A DNA stretch of 34,570 nucleotides. Origin: a virus. Lineage: Duplodnaviria; Caudoviricetes. Positions within the stretch are counted from its first letter, which is position 1. Every line of letters begins with the position of its first letter. A program made the position numbers and the translations under genes. The notes below the pieces were generated by a model. That model did no database searches. It had not been told where the DNA came from and saw only the letters and a list, made by a program, of their open reading frames with translations. Where the stretch lies: the IMG/VR virus record IMGVR_UViG_3300025653_000122, positions 1-34,570 of that record; one strand, written 5' to 3'. Of the stretch, positions 13,756 to 25,000 are shown one piece after another.

Positions 13756-16362
13756 ATGGCGGACCTAAAAGAGTATAGAATACAATCAACAGGCGGAGCC
13801 TCTAACGTTAACATCACTGAAGAGACCAGAAAAAATCCCTACATCGTAACACGAATCAACGGCCAGGATGTTAAGGTGTATGGAACCCAGGAGCAGTTGG
13901 ATGCATACCAAAACAAGAAACCGGACGGAACACAGAAACAGCCAACAGCAGAAGAAACAGCCGTAGCAAGGGGATTTATCAGACAGGTTGCTTTCAAACA
14001 AGAAGCAGCAGTTAATAACATTGATGAGGAAGGCAAGGGAGATATTGAGGAATCAAGCCAAGAAACTAATGCTGGAACATCAGGAACTAATCTTAACGGT
14101 CTTGTGCCCAACCCATTGGATGATTTTGCATCAATAAATCATTTGTGGACGCTGGCAGTGCTGACGCCCAAGCAGTTTAATAATCCTAATCTATATAGAA
14201 ATGCAGTAGGATTTAGTTTTGCGTCACAGAACTATGACGTGTCGACCACCCAAACAATACTTGATCCTGTATTAGGAAATGATGAGGAAGTGACTAGAAC
14301 TTCTAATCTATCATCCAGCATAGTATTTTCAAGTGCAGGAAGGGCAGATGCTGAAAGGGTAAACACAGCGTTTGGAACTCCAGAATATTTTATAAACAAT
14401 TTTGAAATGGTATCCGTTATTGCAGCAAACCCTAAGACCGGAAATCAAAATGCAATTAGTTTTACGTTTGAAATTTATGAGCCATATTCGATGGGACTGC
14501 TACTACAATCTCTACAGAATGCGGCAATCAAGGCTGGATATGTAAACTATCTGGACTCGCCATTTCTGCTTAAACTTGACATTATAGGATTTGAAGACAA
14601 TTCACAAGTTAAGCAAACAATCAAGCCCAAATACTTTATATTGAAATTAAAGAAGGTTACATTTAACGTTGACGAAACGGGTAGTAAGTACGCGGTCGAA
14701 GCGTATCCATATAACTATCAAGGATTTTCCGATACTGTTGATACTGCATTTACGGACATTAATATTTCAGTTTCGACAGGAACACCCACGGTAGCATTTA
14801 ATCAAGGACTGGTTGACGAAAGAGGAACTGTAAAAGATGTATTGGCAACCGGAAATAATAGCCTGGTAGCACTGCTTAACAAGAATGAAGAACTGAACGT
14901 CCAACAAGGAAGATACAAAATCAAGGACAGATACGAAATTCATTTTCCCGAAACACCAGATCAGCGTTTTACAAATTTTAATGAACAGAGCAATGACTCC
15001 GCAGGAGCAACTGAGGATCCAGAAAAATCATCAAACAAATCTGTTGGCGGCACTGATGTTGATGCCACGACGAGCAAGAACGTTGGCAGCAATCCTATAT
15101 CCAAATCCGACTTTGGATTTGACGTAAAGAAAGGCGGTAACTTTCCATTCAAGAATGATAAGGATGTGGTTGACGAAGAAACCAAGCGTGTGATTAGAGG
15201 AATCATGCAGGTAGATGAAAAGAATAGATCCTTTCACTTCACGCAAAAACAAAAACTAACAGACATCATTACCCAGGTTATTCTTAGTTCAACATGGGCA
15301 AAGCAGGCAACGCAGAAGGCAACAAAGGCTGACGGAATGATTGACTGGTTCAAGATTGATGTGCAGGTTGAGTTTCTTGACTATGATGTCAGCATTGGAG
15401 ATTTTGCAAAGAAATTCATCTACAGGGTAGTGCCGTTCAAGGTTCATTCAAGCATATTTGGAAATCCTAACTCCATTCCTGTGGGATATAGTGAATTGGA
15501 AAAACAGATTGTTAAAAAATACGAATACATCTACACAGGACAGAACACGGAAATATTGGATTTTAATATAGAGATAAACTATCTATTCTACAGTGGTGCT
15601 AACCCTCAATCAGAAACCAAAACCAAGACTGAACAGAAACCAGATCAGACAAACACTGTTGAAGGAAAACCATTTCTTACAAAAACAAACACAGGAAATG
15701 AAACTGCGGCACAGGCAGCCAATCTTGGTAAATCAAAGGTTAAGAAAAACCCCAATCTATTTTCTATAATGAGAGGTGGTAGTGGTGATGCTGATGTTGA
15801 ACAAAAAATTGCCGAAAACTTTTATGATGCGTTTATTAACGTTACCAGCAGTGACTTGGTTAAGGTTGATTTAACCATAATGGGCGACACATACTATCTA
15901 GTTGATAGCGGACTCAGCAATTATTTTTCCGCACCTTCGTCACAGAGTTCTCAGCTCACGGAAGATGGCACCATGAACTACGAAGCTCAGGATGTTTACA
16001 TATATCTAACCTTTAGGACTCCTGCGGACATAAACGAAAAAACAGGATTGGTTGAATTTTCAAACAAGGATAAGGTAAGTCCATTTAGCGGTATATACAG
16101 AGTAGTAAGATGTACAAGCAGGTTTAGTGATGGAAAATTTACGCAAGAATTAAGATGCATTAGAATGCAAGGACAACCAACTGACTATGACGGCAAAAAT
16201 CTTAACACCAACAAGGAAACATCAACGACAGTGATAGAGGGAGAATCCACGGAAAAAACTAATGTCAGTGAAGAAACTAAAAATACCGAAGATGACTTTT
16301 TAATGAATCAAAATCAGGAAGAGCGTGAATTTGACATAGAATTAAACGAAGGTGTAACATAA
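13756..16362 (+). CDS. Baseplate hub protein, gp27-like (868 aa)
   Basis: Position between gp53 and gp5; 'VDLTIMGD' and 'FSGIYRVVRCTSRFSDGKFTQELRCIR' resemble the C-terminus of hub proteins. Confidence 0.65.
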   Translation: MADLKEYRIQSTGGASNVNITEETRKNPYIVTRINGQDVKVYGTQEQLDAYQNKKPDGTQKQPTAEETAVARGFIRQVAFKQEAAVNNIDEEGKGDIEESSQETNAGTSGTNLNGLVPNPLDDFASINHLWTLAVLTPKQFNNPNLYRNAVGFSFASQNYDVSTTQTILDPVLGNDEEVTRTSNLSSSIVFSSAGRADAERVNTAFGTPEYFINNFEMVSVIAANPKTGNQNAISFTFEIYEPYSMGLLLQSLQNAAIKAGYVNYLDSPFLLKLDIIGFEDNSQVKQTIKPKYFILKLKKVTFNVDETGSKYAVEAYPYNYQGFSDTVDTAFTDINISVSTGTPTVAFNQGLVDERGTVKDVLATGNNSLVALLNKNEELNVQQGRYKIKDRYEIHFPETPDQRFTNFNEQSNDSAGATEDPEKSSNKSVGGTDVDATTSKNVGSNPISKSDFGFDVKKGGNFPFKNDKDVVDEETKRVIRGIMQVDEKNRSFHFTQKQKLTDIITQVILSSTWAKQATQKATKADGMIDWFKIDVQVEFLDYDVSIGDFAKKFIYRVVPFKVHSSIFGNPNSIPVGYSELEKQIVKKYEYIYTGQNTEILDFNIEINYLFYSGANPQSETKTKTEQKPDQTNTVEGKPFLTKTNTGNETAAQAANLGKSKVKKNPNLFSIMRGGSGDADVEQKIAENFYDAFINVTSSDLVKVDLTIMGDTYYLVDSGLSNYFSAPSSQSSQLTEDGTMNYEAQDVYIYLTFRTPADINEKTGLVEFSNKDKVSPFSGIYRVVRCTSRFSDGKFTQELRCIRMQGQPTDYDGKNLNTNKETSTTVIEGESTEKTNVSEETKNTEDDFLMNQNQEEREFDIELNEGVT

Positions 16363-16363
16363 A

Positions 16364-18157
16364 ATGGCAATACAGAGAAGAGTTCCAAACAAAGAAACAG
16401 TCGGGGTTAGCCTAGGATCGGGAATTCAACTAGCCAAAGTAGTAAGCCTCATGGATCCAACGTTTAATGGCAGGCTCCGTGTAACGCTACTTAAGGATCA
16501 GGGAAACGACATAGGTGCGGACAGGCAAACATACACGTTAAATTATGCTTCACCATTCTTTGGTTATACTCCATTCGAAGCAATGGGTAAAAACAATGAT
16601 AACTTTAACGACACGCAAAAATCCTACGGCATGTGGTTCGTCCCACCAGATGTAGGAGTCACAGTTTTGTGTGCGTTTGTTGATGGAGATCCTGCAGAAG
16701 GTTATTGGTTTGCGTGCCTTCCGCCAAACTTTGCCAATAATATGGTACCGGCAATAGCAGGAACCACGCAGGTAGAACTTACTGATGAGGACAAGAAAAA
16801 ATTTGACACGGCACAGCCACTTCCAACAGGAGAAATAAACAAGAGATTCAATCAAAAAGAACAGGAAAAGGATCCCGACAAGATTAAGAAACCGGTCCAC
16901 CCTATTGCGGATAGATTCCTTGAACAAGGAACGCTGGAAGATGATGTGAGAGGAGTGACAACCAGCTCGGCAAGAAGGCAAGTTCCTAATTCCGTATTTG
17001 GTATTTCCACACCAGGTCCGCTGGATTGGAGAGATGGCAGCAAGCGAATGACAACAGGACCAACTGATAATCAGTCATTAGATGGGGTAGCGGTATCAAG
17101 ACTTGGTGGCACACAGTTTGTGATGGACGATGGTGATGATAGATATGTCAGACAAACCAAGGCAAGCGATGGCCCGGTAAAATACATAGACTTAATTGAA
17201 AAAAGATTTTTTGATAAAGAAGCACAACCAACCAACGAAAAGGGCGACCCAACTGTTCCGTATAATGAATACACGAGACTGAGAACTAGGACAGGCCACC
17301 AACTGTTGATGCATAACTCAGAGGACCTTATCTACATAGGAAATTCGAGAGGAACGTCCTGGATTGAAATGACATCTAATGGAAAGATTGATGTGTATGC
17401 CGCAGACAGCATCAGTGTGCATTCTGAAAATGATTTAAACATTAAGGCTGATAGGGATGTGAACATTGAAGCAGGAAGAAACATAAACATGAAGGCAACT
17501 GCCGAATACGTTTCTCCCACGGAACTGCATCGAAGAGATGATGATGGTAATCCTATTCCTAAGATACAGGATGGCAGAGAATTTGAAGCAGGAAGAATAC
17601 AGATAGAAAGTGCCTTCAATATGAATTTGTTAATTGGTGCCAATGGTAAAATAGAAACTAGGAATTATGAAAATGTTGCAGGTGTTCCTACTGACGGCGA
17701 CTTGGACATCAGCGTGATAGGTAGCACAAGATTTTCAACAGGCTACGGAATTGTTACTCCTCATGATTACGAAGTAAAAGTTTTTGGAGACACATTAATT
17801 AAAACTACCGGCAACTTAGATCTTAACACAGAAGGAAACAATGCTTATAGTGCCGGAGGAACGACAGATATTCTAAGTGGCGGAAATCATACAGAGACTG
17901 CTGCACAGATACACATGAATGGTCCTCAGGCAAGACAAGCAGATGAAGCAGTTGCAGCAGAAACAATTACAGACTTGCACCTACATACGGCACTTTTCAA
18001 CAATGTGGAAGTTGGTTGGCCCAAGTTAAAGTATCTAGACGGAAAAATTAAATCAATAATGAAACGAATCCCCATGCATGAACCCTGGGCTCTGCATGAA
18101 AACTTTTCTCCGGCAACGCAGACGGAACAGTTTACTGACAGGGAACTAGAGGAGTAA
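16364..18157 (+). CDS. Central spike, gp5/VgrG-like (OB fold plus beta-helix, no lysozyme domain)
   Basis: 'DPTFNGRLRV', 'GMWFVPPDVGVTVLCAFVDGDP', 'LRTRTGHQLLM', beta-helix repeats (SISVHSENDLNIKADRDVNIEAGRNINMKA), 'IHMNG'. Confidence 0.85.
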   Translation: MAIQRRVPNKETVGVSLGSGIQLAKVVSLMDPTFNGRLRVTLLKDQGNDIGADRQTYTLNYASPFFGYTPFEAMGKNNDNFNDTQKSYGMWFVPPDVGVTVLCAFVDGDPAEGYWFACLPPNFANNMVPAIAGTTQVELTDEDKKKFDTAQPLPTGEINKRFNQKEQEKDPDKIKKPVHPIADRFLEQGTLEDDVRGVTTSSARRQVPNSVFGISTPGPLDWRDGSKRMTTGPTDNQSLDGVAVSRLGGTQFVMDDGDDRYVRQTKASDGPVKYIDLIEKRFFDKEAQPTNEKGDPTVPYNEYTRLRTRTGHQLLMHNSEDLIYIGNSRGTSWIEMTSNGKIDVYAADSISVHSENDLNIKADRDVNIEAGRNINMKATAEYVSPTELHRRDDDGNPIPKIQDGREFEAGRIQIESAFNMNLLIGANGKIETRNYENVAGVPTDGDLDISVIGSTRFSTGYGIVTPHDYEVKVFGDTLIKTTGNLDLNTEGNNAYSAGGTTDILSGGNHTETAAQIHMNGPQARQADEAVAAETITDLHLHTALFNNVEVGWPKLKYLDGKIKSIMKRIPMHEPWALHENFSPATQTEQFTDRELEE

Positions 18158-18161
18158 TACA

Positions 18162-18599
18162 ATGAAGAAGATATACAATCAAAAGGCAGTGGCAGTTAAC
18201 TCAGCCAGTGTGGGATCTGCTGGAGCGAATACCTATACCTATAGGGGATTTAACTCCAAGAACAAGTCAAGCGGATTCAAGTTGTATGATATTGACTTGG
18301 TAAAGCAGGACATAATCAATCATTTCTACATAAGAAAGGGTGAAAAGTTGGAAAATCCATCCTTTGGAACCATCATATGGGACATGATTTTTGAACAATT
18401 TACGCCAGAAGTCAAGAACATGATAGCCAAGGACGTGGAAACCATAATAAACTACGATCCTAGGGTAGTCGTGAAGAATGTCAGCGTTGCTAGCACGGAA
18501 CAGGGCATGCGAATAGAAGCGGAAGTGGTTTACGTTCCATTCAATGTGAGCGAAAGGATGACGTTTAACTTTGACAGAAATAACTCCGTTATAAACTAA
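18162..18599 (+). CDS. Baseplate wedge subunit/sheath initiator, gp25-like
   Basis: 'DIDLVKQDIINHFYIRKGEKLENPSFGTIIWDMIFE...YDPRV'. Confidence 0.9.
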   Translation: MKKIYNQKAVAVNSASVGSAGANTYTYRGFNSKNKSSGFKLYDIDLVKQDIINHFYIRKGEKLENPSFGTIIWDMIFEQFTPEVKNMIAKDVETIINYDPRVVVKNVSVASTEQGMRIEAEVVYVPFNVSERMTFNFDRNNSVIN

Positions 18600-18615
18600 G
18601 CACTTAATTACAAGG

Positions 18616-18623
18616 GCTAAATA
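18616..18623 (+). promoter_or_regulatory. Late promoter GCTAAATA
   Basis: TAAATA core in the 44-nt gap before the gp6-like gene, followed by AGGA. Confidence 0.55.
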
Positions 18624-18643
18624 TTGCAATAGGATACTAGTTA

Positions 18644-21600
18644 ATGAGCACAACGTCAAGACAGAACAATTTAATACTAAATCAGGACTGGACACGCATC
18701 TATCAAACCTTTAGAAATGCGGATTTCAAGTCCTATGATTTTGAAAACATTCGCAGGGTAATAATCAACTATCTGCGCGAAAACTATCCTGAAGATTTTA
18801 ATGATTACATTGAAAGTTCTGAATACATGGCGCTGGTTGATGCTGTTGCATTCCTTGGACAGAGCCTTTCGTTTAGATTGGATTTAGCCAGCAGAGAAAA
18901 CTTTCTTGAATTGGCAGAGCGCAAGGAAAGCGTTCTACGAATTGCCCGCATGCTGTCATACAATGCGAAGAGAAACATAGGTGCCAGCGGACTGCTAAAA
19001 TTTAATTCAATAAGCACCACAGAAGACATCATAGATAGCAATGGTAGGAATCTTGCACAGCAAACAGTGAAGTGGAATGATCCTACAAACACCAACTGGG
19101 CAGAACAGTTTGTATTAATACTTAATGCAGCGATGTCTGATAACACTGAGTTTGGTAAGGGACAAGGATCTGCCACCATACAGGGTATACCAACCGAGCA
19201 GTATAGATTTAGAACAACGACAAATGATGTTCCTCTGTTTACTTTCACAAAATCAGTTGCAGGAAGAAACATGGCATTTGAGTTGGTTAGCACAGCATTT
19301 AAGGATTCAGAAACAATTTACGAGGAGCAGCCTGTTCCAGGAAACCAATTAGGATTCGTATATAGGCAGGATGGCAAGGGCCCATCAAGCGCAAACACAG
19401 GCTTCTTCCTACAATTCAAGCAGGGCAGCCTTGAGTTTGCGGACTTTAACATAGCAACACCAACCACAAATGAAACTATTGCAGTTGAAAGCAATAACAT
19501 CAATAATGATGACATATGGTTATTTGGGTTGAATTCAAGGGGCGGACAGCAAACTGAGTGGACCAAGGTAGACACACTTACAGGAAATAACATTGCCTAC
19601 AACAGTTTAATTGGAAACATAAAAAACATTTATGCAGTTTCCACACAACCCAATGATAGGGTAAATTTAGTATTTGCTGACGGAACCTATGGAAACCTAC
19701 CACAGGGTGCATTTAGAATTTTCTATAGGGTGAGCAATGGACTTGAGTATTCAATAGCACCTACCGACATGCGTGGTATTTCGATAGATGTTAACTATGT
19801 TAACAAGTCTGGCATAGCCCACACATTAACAATTAATCTCGGATTGCAGTACACGGTAAACAATGCGGCTGCAAGTGAAAGCACGGATAGCATTAGGCAG
19901 AATGCACCAGCACTTTATTATACACAGAATAGGATGGTAACTGGTGAGGATTACAATCTTGCACCATTAGCAAGTTCACAGAATATTTTAAAATTAAAGG
20001 CAGTTAATAGGACTTCGAGTGGCATCAGCAGAAACTATGACATCATAGATGCGAGCGGCAAATACAGTTCGGTAAATGTGTTTGCGGATGACGGATATAT
20101 CTACAAGCAGGATTCGGAGAGAAGTTTATTCCTTAAATTTACTAGCAAGACAGAAATTATTAATTTCCTAAGGCAGAACATCGAAGGAGCATTTTCTGAC
20201 AAGGATCTATATAATTTCTACATAACAAAATACGAAAGGGTTACATTCAGTGAACAGACAACAGTATGGACAAGCATAACTAATGATTTGAATAGCGGCA
20301 CTGGATATTTTACCAACACCATTGACAACAGTTTGCTCAAGGTTGGAACCTATTCCACAAGCAGCCTAAAGTTTTTAACCGTTGGATCATCAATAAAATT
20401 TATTCCGCCGACTGGATTTAGTTTTAAGAAGGGTAAATTGGTTGAAACTAATCCTACCGACATAGAACAAACAAATTATATATGGACCAAGGTGGCTAGT
20501 GTTGTTGGAGATGGTACCAACGCTGACAGAGGAGCTCTTGCTAGCGGACTTGGCCCAATTACATTTAATGAGAATATTCCAACAGGCGCAATTGCCAGTA
20601 ACATAGTTCCAAAGTTTGTGAACGATTTAGACGTTGCACTAGAAACAGAAATTACAAATTTAATGTTTGCTAATCTTAATTTTGGATTGAGATATAGCAC
20701 TGTTGATACATCATGGAAGATTATACAGAATCAAAACTTGGATTTAATCAATAATTTTAGCCTTGGTAAGGCAGGAGACACTACCAATGAAAACTTAGAT
20801 GCGTCTTGGTTGTTTGCGTTTGTTAAAGAAAACGATCAATACGTTATAAGAATAAGAACTCTAAATTATGTTTTCGGAAGTGTTGAACAAAATAGATTTT
20901 ATTTTGATAAGAACGAAAAAGCCTACAACAATCTAACAGGACTTTTAAACAAGGATCTAGTAAACATTTTAGGCATCAACAGCCAAACTAATAGTGCTTC
21001 AGCACTAGGTAGAGATTATAAGTTTGAAATTACTGATACAATAGAGTTTGATGACGGATATGAAAGCAGCAAGGAAATTAAATTAAGTTTCAACGACAGT
21101 GATAGTGATGGAGTGGTTGATGATCCTGATTCATTTATACAGGTTGCAGGAGCAGATGTAGATGCAAATTATTTGTTCTTTGTAAAAAGCACCGATGAAT
21201 ACGGAACAGAAATATTTAATATATTTGATAATTCAAATAATACAATTATAATTGCAACTAGAGAAGCATTAATAAATGTAAACGATTACGATGATGGACA
21301 ATTAATTTATTTTAGCGACGTGGCAGAAAATAGAGTGAAGCGTGTTGATAGAAATACCAATACACTAATCTTAGACAGTTCTTATGTTGCTTACATTGGT
21401 AGAAGAAATTTAAAATTCCAATACACTCATGCTGCTAGTGAGGATAGAAGAATAGATCCTAGTGTTACTAATATTGTTGATTTATTTCTATTAACAAAAA
21501 ATTACGACACAGCATTTAGAAATTATCTAGCCGGTGCAACCACAGAACCTGTGGCACCGACTACTGACAGCCTAAGGGTTGAGTTTGGAAGCAATTTGTC

Positions 21601-22042
21601 TGCAATCAAAACAATAAGTGATGAAATAATTTATCATCCTGTCAAGTATAAAGTTTTATTTGGTAGCAAGGCAGCAGTTAAATTACAAGCGGAGTTTAAG
21701 ATTGTTAAGAATACAAGCAAGGCAATTAATGATAATGATCTCAAGGTAAGAATAGTGAATGCTATCAATCGATTTTTTGCAATTAGCAATTGGGACTTTG
21801 GAGATAGATTTTATCTCAGCGAACTAACAACTTATGTCATTAATTCAGTCGCACCGGATGTCACAAACTTTGTCATCCTGCCAAGGGCAACGGATCAATC
21901 ATTTGGTAGCCTTTTCGAAATTCAAAGCAAGCCAGACGAAATTTTTGTAAGCGGAGCAACGGTTGATGACATAAAAATTGTCTCAAGCATTACTGCTGCT
22001 GAAATAAGAACCGGTACTGGTACAGTAGTGAGTGATGCATAA
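18644..22042 (+). CDS. Baseplate wedge subunit, gp6-like (1132 aa)
   Basis: 'DFENIR...YL...FNDYIESS', 'ENFLELAERKESVLRIARMLSY', 'FADGTYGNLP', 'ESTDSIRQNAP..YYTQNRMVTGEDY'. Confidence 0.9.
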   Translation: MSTTSRQNNLILNQDWTRIYQTFRNADFKSYDFENIRRVIINYLRENYPEDFNDYIESSEYMALVDAVAFLGQSLSFRLDLASRENFLELAERKESVLRIARMLSYNAKRNIGASGLLKFNSISTTEDIIDSNGRNLAQQTVKWNDPTNTNWAEQFVLILNAAMSDNTEFGKGQGSATIQGIPTEQYRFRTTTNDVPLFTFTKSVAGRNMAFELVSTAFKDSETIYEEQPVPGNQLGFVYRQDGKGPSSANTGFFLQFKQGSLEFADFNIATPTTNETIAVESNNINNDDIWLFGLNSRGGQQTEWTKVDTLTGNNIAYNSLIGNIKNIYAVSTQPNDRVNLVFADGTYGNLPQGAFRIFYRVSNGLEYSIAPTDMRGISIDVNYVNKSGIAHTLTINLGLQYTVNNAAASESTDSIRQNAPALYYTQNRMVTGEDYNLAPLASSQNILKLKAVNRTSSGISRNYDIIDASGKYSSVNVFADDGYIYKQDSERSLFLKFTSKTEIINFLRQNIEGAFSDKDLYNFYITKYERVTFSEQTTVWTSITNDLNSGTGYFTNTIDNSLLKVGTYSTSSLKFLTVGSSIKFIPPTGFSFKKGKLVETNPTDIEQTNYIWTKVASVVGDGTNADRGALASGLGPITFNENIPTGAIASNIVPKFVNDLDVALETEITNLMFANLNFGLRYSTVDTSWKIIQNQNLDLINNFSLGKAGDTTNENLDASWLFAFVKENDQYVIRIRTLNYVFGSVEQNRFYFDKNEKAYNNLTGLLNKDLVNILGINSQTNSASALGRDYKFEITDTIEFDDGYESSKEIKLSFNDSDSDGVVDDPDSFIQVAGADVDANYLFFVKSTDEYGTEIFNIFDNSNNTIIIATREALINVNDYDDGQLIYFSDVAENRVKRVDRNTNTLILDSSYVAYIGRRNLKFQYTHAASEDRRIDPSVTNIVDLFLLTKNYDTAFRNYLAGATTEPVAPTTDSLRVEFGSNLSAIKTISDEIIYHPVKYKVLFGSKAAVKLQAEFKIVKNTSKAINDNDLKVRIVNAINRFFAISNWDFGDRFYLSELTTYVINSVAPDVTNFVILPRATDQSFGSLFEIQSKPDEIFVSGATVDDIKIVSSITAAEIRTGTGTVVSDA

Positions 22043-25000
22043 TGGCAGATAAAGTATATCCTAACAGTCAATTACCAATTAGAAAGTCTAGCGATTTATT
22101 ACCGCAGACTTTTAGAACGGATGTAAATGACAAATTTCTTTCTGGTGTTGTTGATCCTCTAATACAACCAGGTGCACTGGATAAATTGTCCGGATACGTG
22201 GGTAGAAGGTTTGGCAAGACATATAATGGTAATAATGTTTATCTTGATACTGATAACACCCTAAGAAGTAGATATCAACTGGAACCGGGTGTCACCGTAG
22301 AAAACAATCAGGTAGTAACCAAGTTCTATGATTATCTAGATTTTAAGAATATTGAAACTTTCTTTGGTAATGGTAATGAAAGAGATGATAAGACTACATT
22401 CCAGGAACACTACAGTTGGAACCCTCCCATTGATTGGGATAAATTTGTAAACTATAGAGAATACTATTGGGTTCCTGCAGGACCTCCCACCGTGGCTGTT
22501 TTCGGACAGGCGCAGAGCGTGCAATCAACCTACAAGGTTAATCAAGGAATAGGTTCATCGTGGGTGTTTACTCCAGACGGGTTAACAAACAATCCAACCA
22601 TTACCCTATACAGGGGACAGACATATGAATTTACAGTAAACTCACCAGGCGAGCCTTTTGTATTAAGAACAAATTATGATACTGGTAGTTTAAATTATGA
22701 GCCACTTAAAACTTACTTTCCTGGGGACCTTGCAGTCTTTGATGGTAAGTTATGGCGTGCCCTACAGGAAATTTTGCCCGGAGATGGCAGCACCATTGAT
22801 ATAGATTCGCAGGATTGGGAATTGCTGGATAGCTCAGCCTCTCTCAATAGTTTAATTTATAATAATGGTGTAACCAATAATTCAGTTGAAGTTGGAACTC
22901 TAAAGTTTGAAGTTCCACTGAATGCTCCGGACGTAATCTACTATCAGAGTGCGACTGATCCTAACAGATTAGGCAGATTTATAATTGCTGATATTGAATC
23001 TAACACAGCAATAAATGTAGAAAAGGAAATACTGGGCAAGACTTATTATACCAGTGCCAATGGTGTTGAACTATCAAACGGCATGGTGGTTGAATTCCGT
23101 GGACAGGTTGAGAGCGAACAGTATGCTACCGATACGTGGTTGGTTGAGGGTGTGGGCAAGGCAATCAATCTAATCCGATTTGCAGATTTGATTCCACCGT
23201 CAATCAGCGCAAACACTCCTGAGATACTGTTTGATAATCAAGGTTTTGATACACAACCATTTGACGATGCAACACTGTATCCTGCTAATAAGGATTACGT
23301 AACAATTAATAGAGCAAGTTCTGATTTGAACCCATGGAGTAGATACAATCGTTGGTTCCACAGAAGCGTGCTTGAATTTGCATATAACTACAGAGACAGT
23401 GATTTTGACGCACTAGAAACCGCAAGGGCAAAGCGTCCTATAGTAGAATTTCATCCCAACATAAAACTGTATCAACAAGGGACCACTGCAAAACAATCAG
23501 TGGACTATGTGGATGATTATACTAAGGATGTGTTTTCAACTATTGAAGGCAGCACGGGATATTCCGTGGATGGGGAAAGCCTATTTGAGGGTGCAAGGGT
23601 TCTAGTAACTGCGGATACTGACAATCTTGCAAATAATAGAATATATGAAGTCAAGTTTATAGTTCATAATGGAGTGAGGCAGATTACCCTACGAGAAACT
23701 GCTGACAGTGCTCCACAACTTAATGAGTGTGTATTAGCCAGCAGGGGAACCGCAAACGCCGGCAAGATGTTTTACTATGATGGCACGGTATGGAACCGTA
23801 GCCAGGATAAAACCACGGTAAACCAACCGCCATTGTTTGACGCCTTTGATGAGAATGGCGTGGCGTTGGATAATGTTGATACCTATCCTGTTTCGAGTTT
23901 TGCGGGAAGCAAAATTTTTAGTTACAAGCAAGGCAGCGGACCAATTGATTCAGAGTTAGGATTTGCAATATCATACCAAAACATTGACAACGTTGGCGAT
24001 ATCGAATTTAATTGGAATTGGGAAACTGAAACTTTCACATACACTGCAAATCAGCAGGCTTTTACTAGCAACATAAACAAGCACTACTATAGGGTAAATG
24101 ATGATTATGAAAATGGATGGATTAGATCCAATACGAAGTATCTACAGCCCATAGTTGATAGCACAAAAATTGTTGATGCTACCAGCACTGTTGAATTTAA
24201 CACTGTTGATTTTGAAAATCTCGCTGACGGCGCTGAAATAATTTTCTATCTCAACGGCAAGGAATTCAAGGAAGATTATACTAGGAACATAAACCAGTTT
24301 AGTTTTACAACTACGTTCCAACCCAAAGATATCGTCACGATAAAGATTGTGGGAGAACTCACGCCGGATCAGGGTTATTATGAAATTCCGGTTGGAATAG
24401 AAAAGAATCCACTCAACGAATCACTCGGTACATTTACTCTAGGACAGGCAACGGATCATGTAAGGACGGCTCTCGAGTTCGACACGAGATTTACAGGTAA
24501 TCTTCCTGGAGTTTCTAATCTTAGAGATATATCGGAGTTCGTTCCAAACGCCAAAAGATTCCTAAAGCATAGTGGTGTTGCGGCATCTGCCCTACTAATG
24601 TTGTGTGACAAGGACTTGAACATTATCAAGAGTCTACAGCATTCAAAGAAACAGTATTCTCTGTTCAAGGAAAACTTCATCAAAAAATCCTATGAAGTAG
24701 AAGATATCGAAAGCATACCCGACTTGGTTGATAGAATATTTGAAGAATTAAACAAAACCAAGAGCCCTGCCAGCGCATTTGCTGACAGTGACATGATTGG
24801 AACGGGTGCTTTTACCAAGACAGAATACACCGTGGAAGACACTGGGATACGAACATTTACTCTAAATGAAGGTTTTGATTTAGAAACTCTAAGCAGGCGT
24901 GCAGTCTATGTTTATAAAAATGGTTTGCAATTGCTCAACCAAAGAGACTATTCATTCAGTTCTGAATTTTCTTATTTGACTCTCTCCATAGATTTGGTAG

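Noticed and set aside
12304-22042. Bacterial T6SS/eCIS/tailocin locus
   Set aside because: Linked portal, gp55-like sigma, gp46/47 and T4-type late promoters indicate a phage genome.
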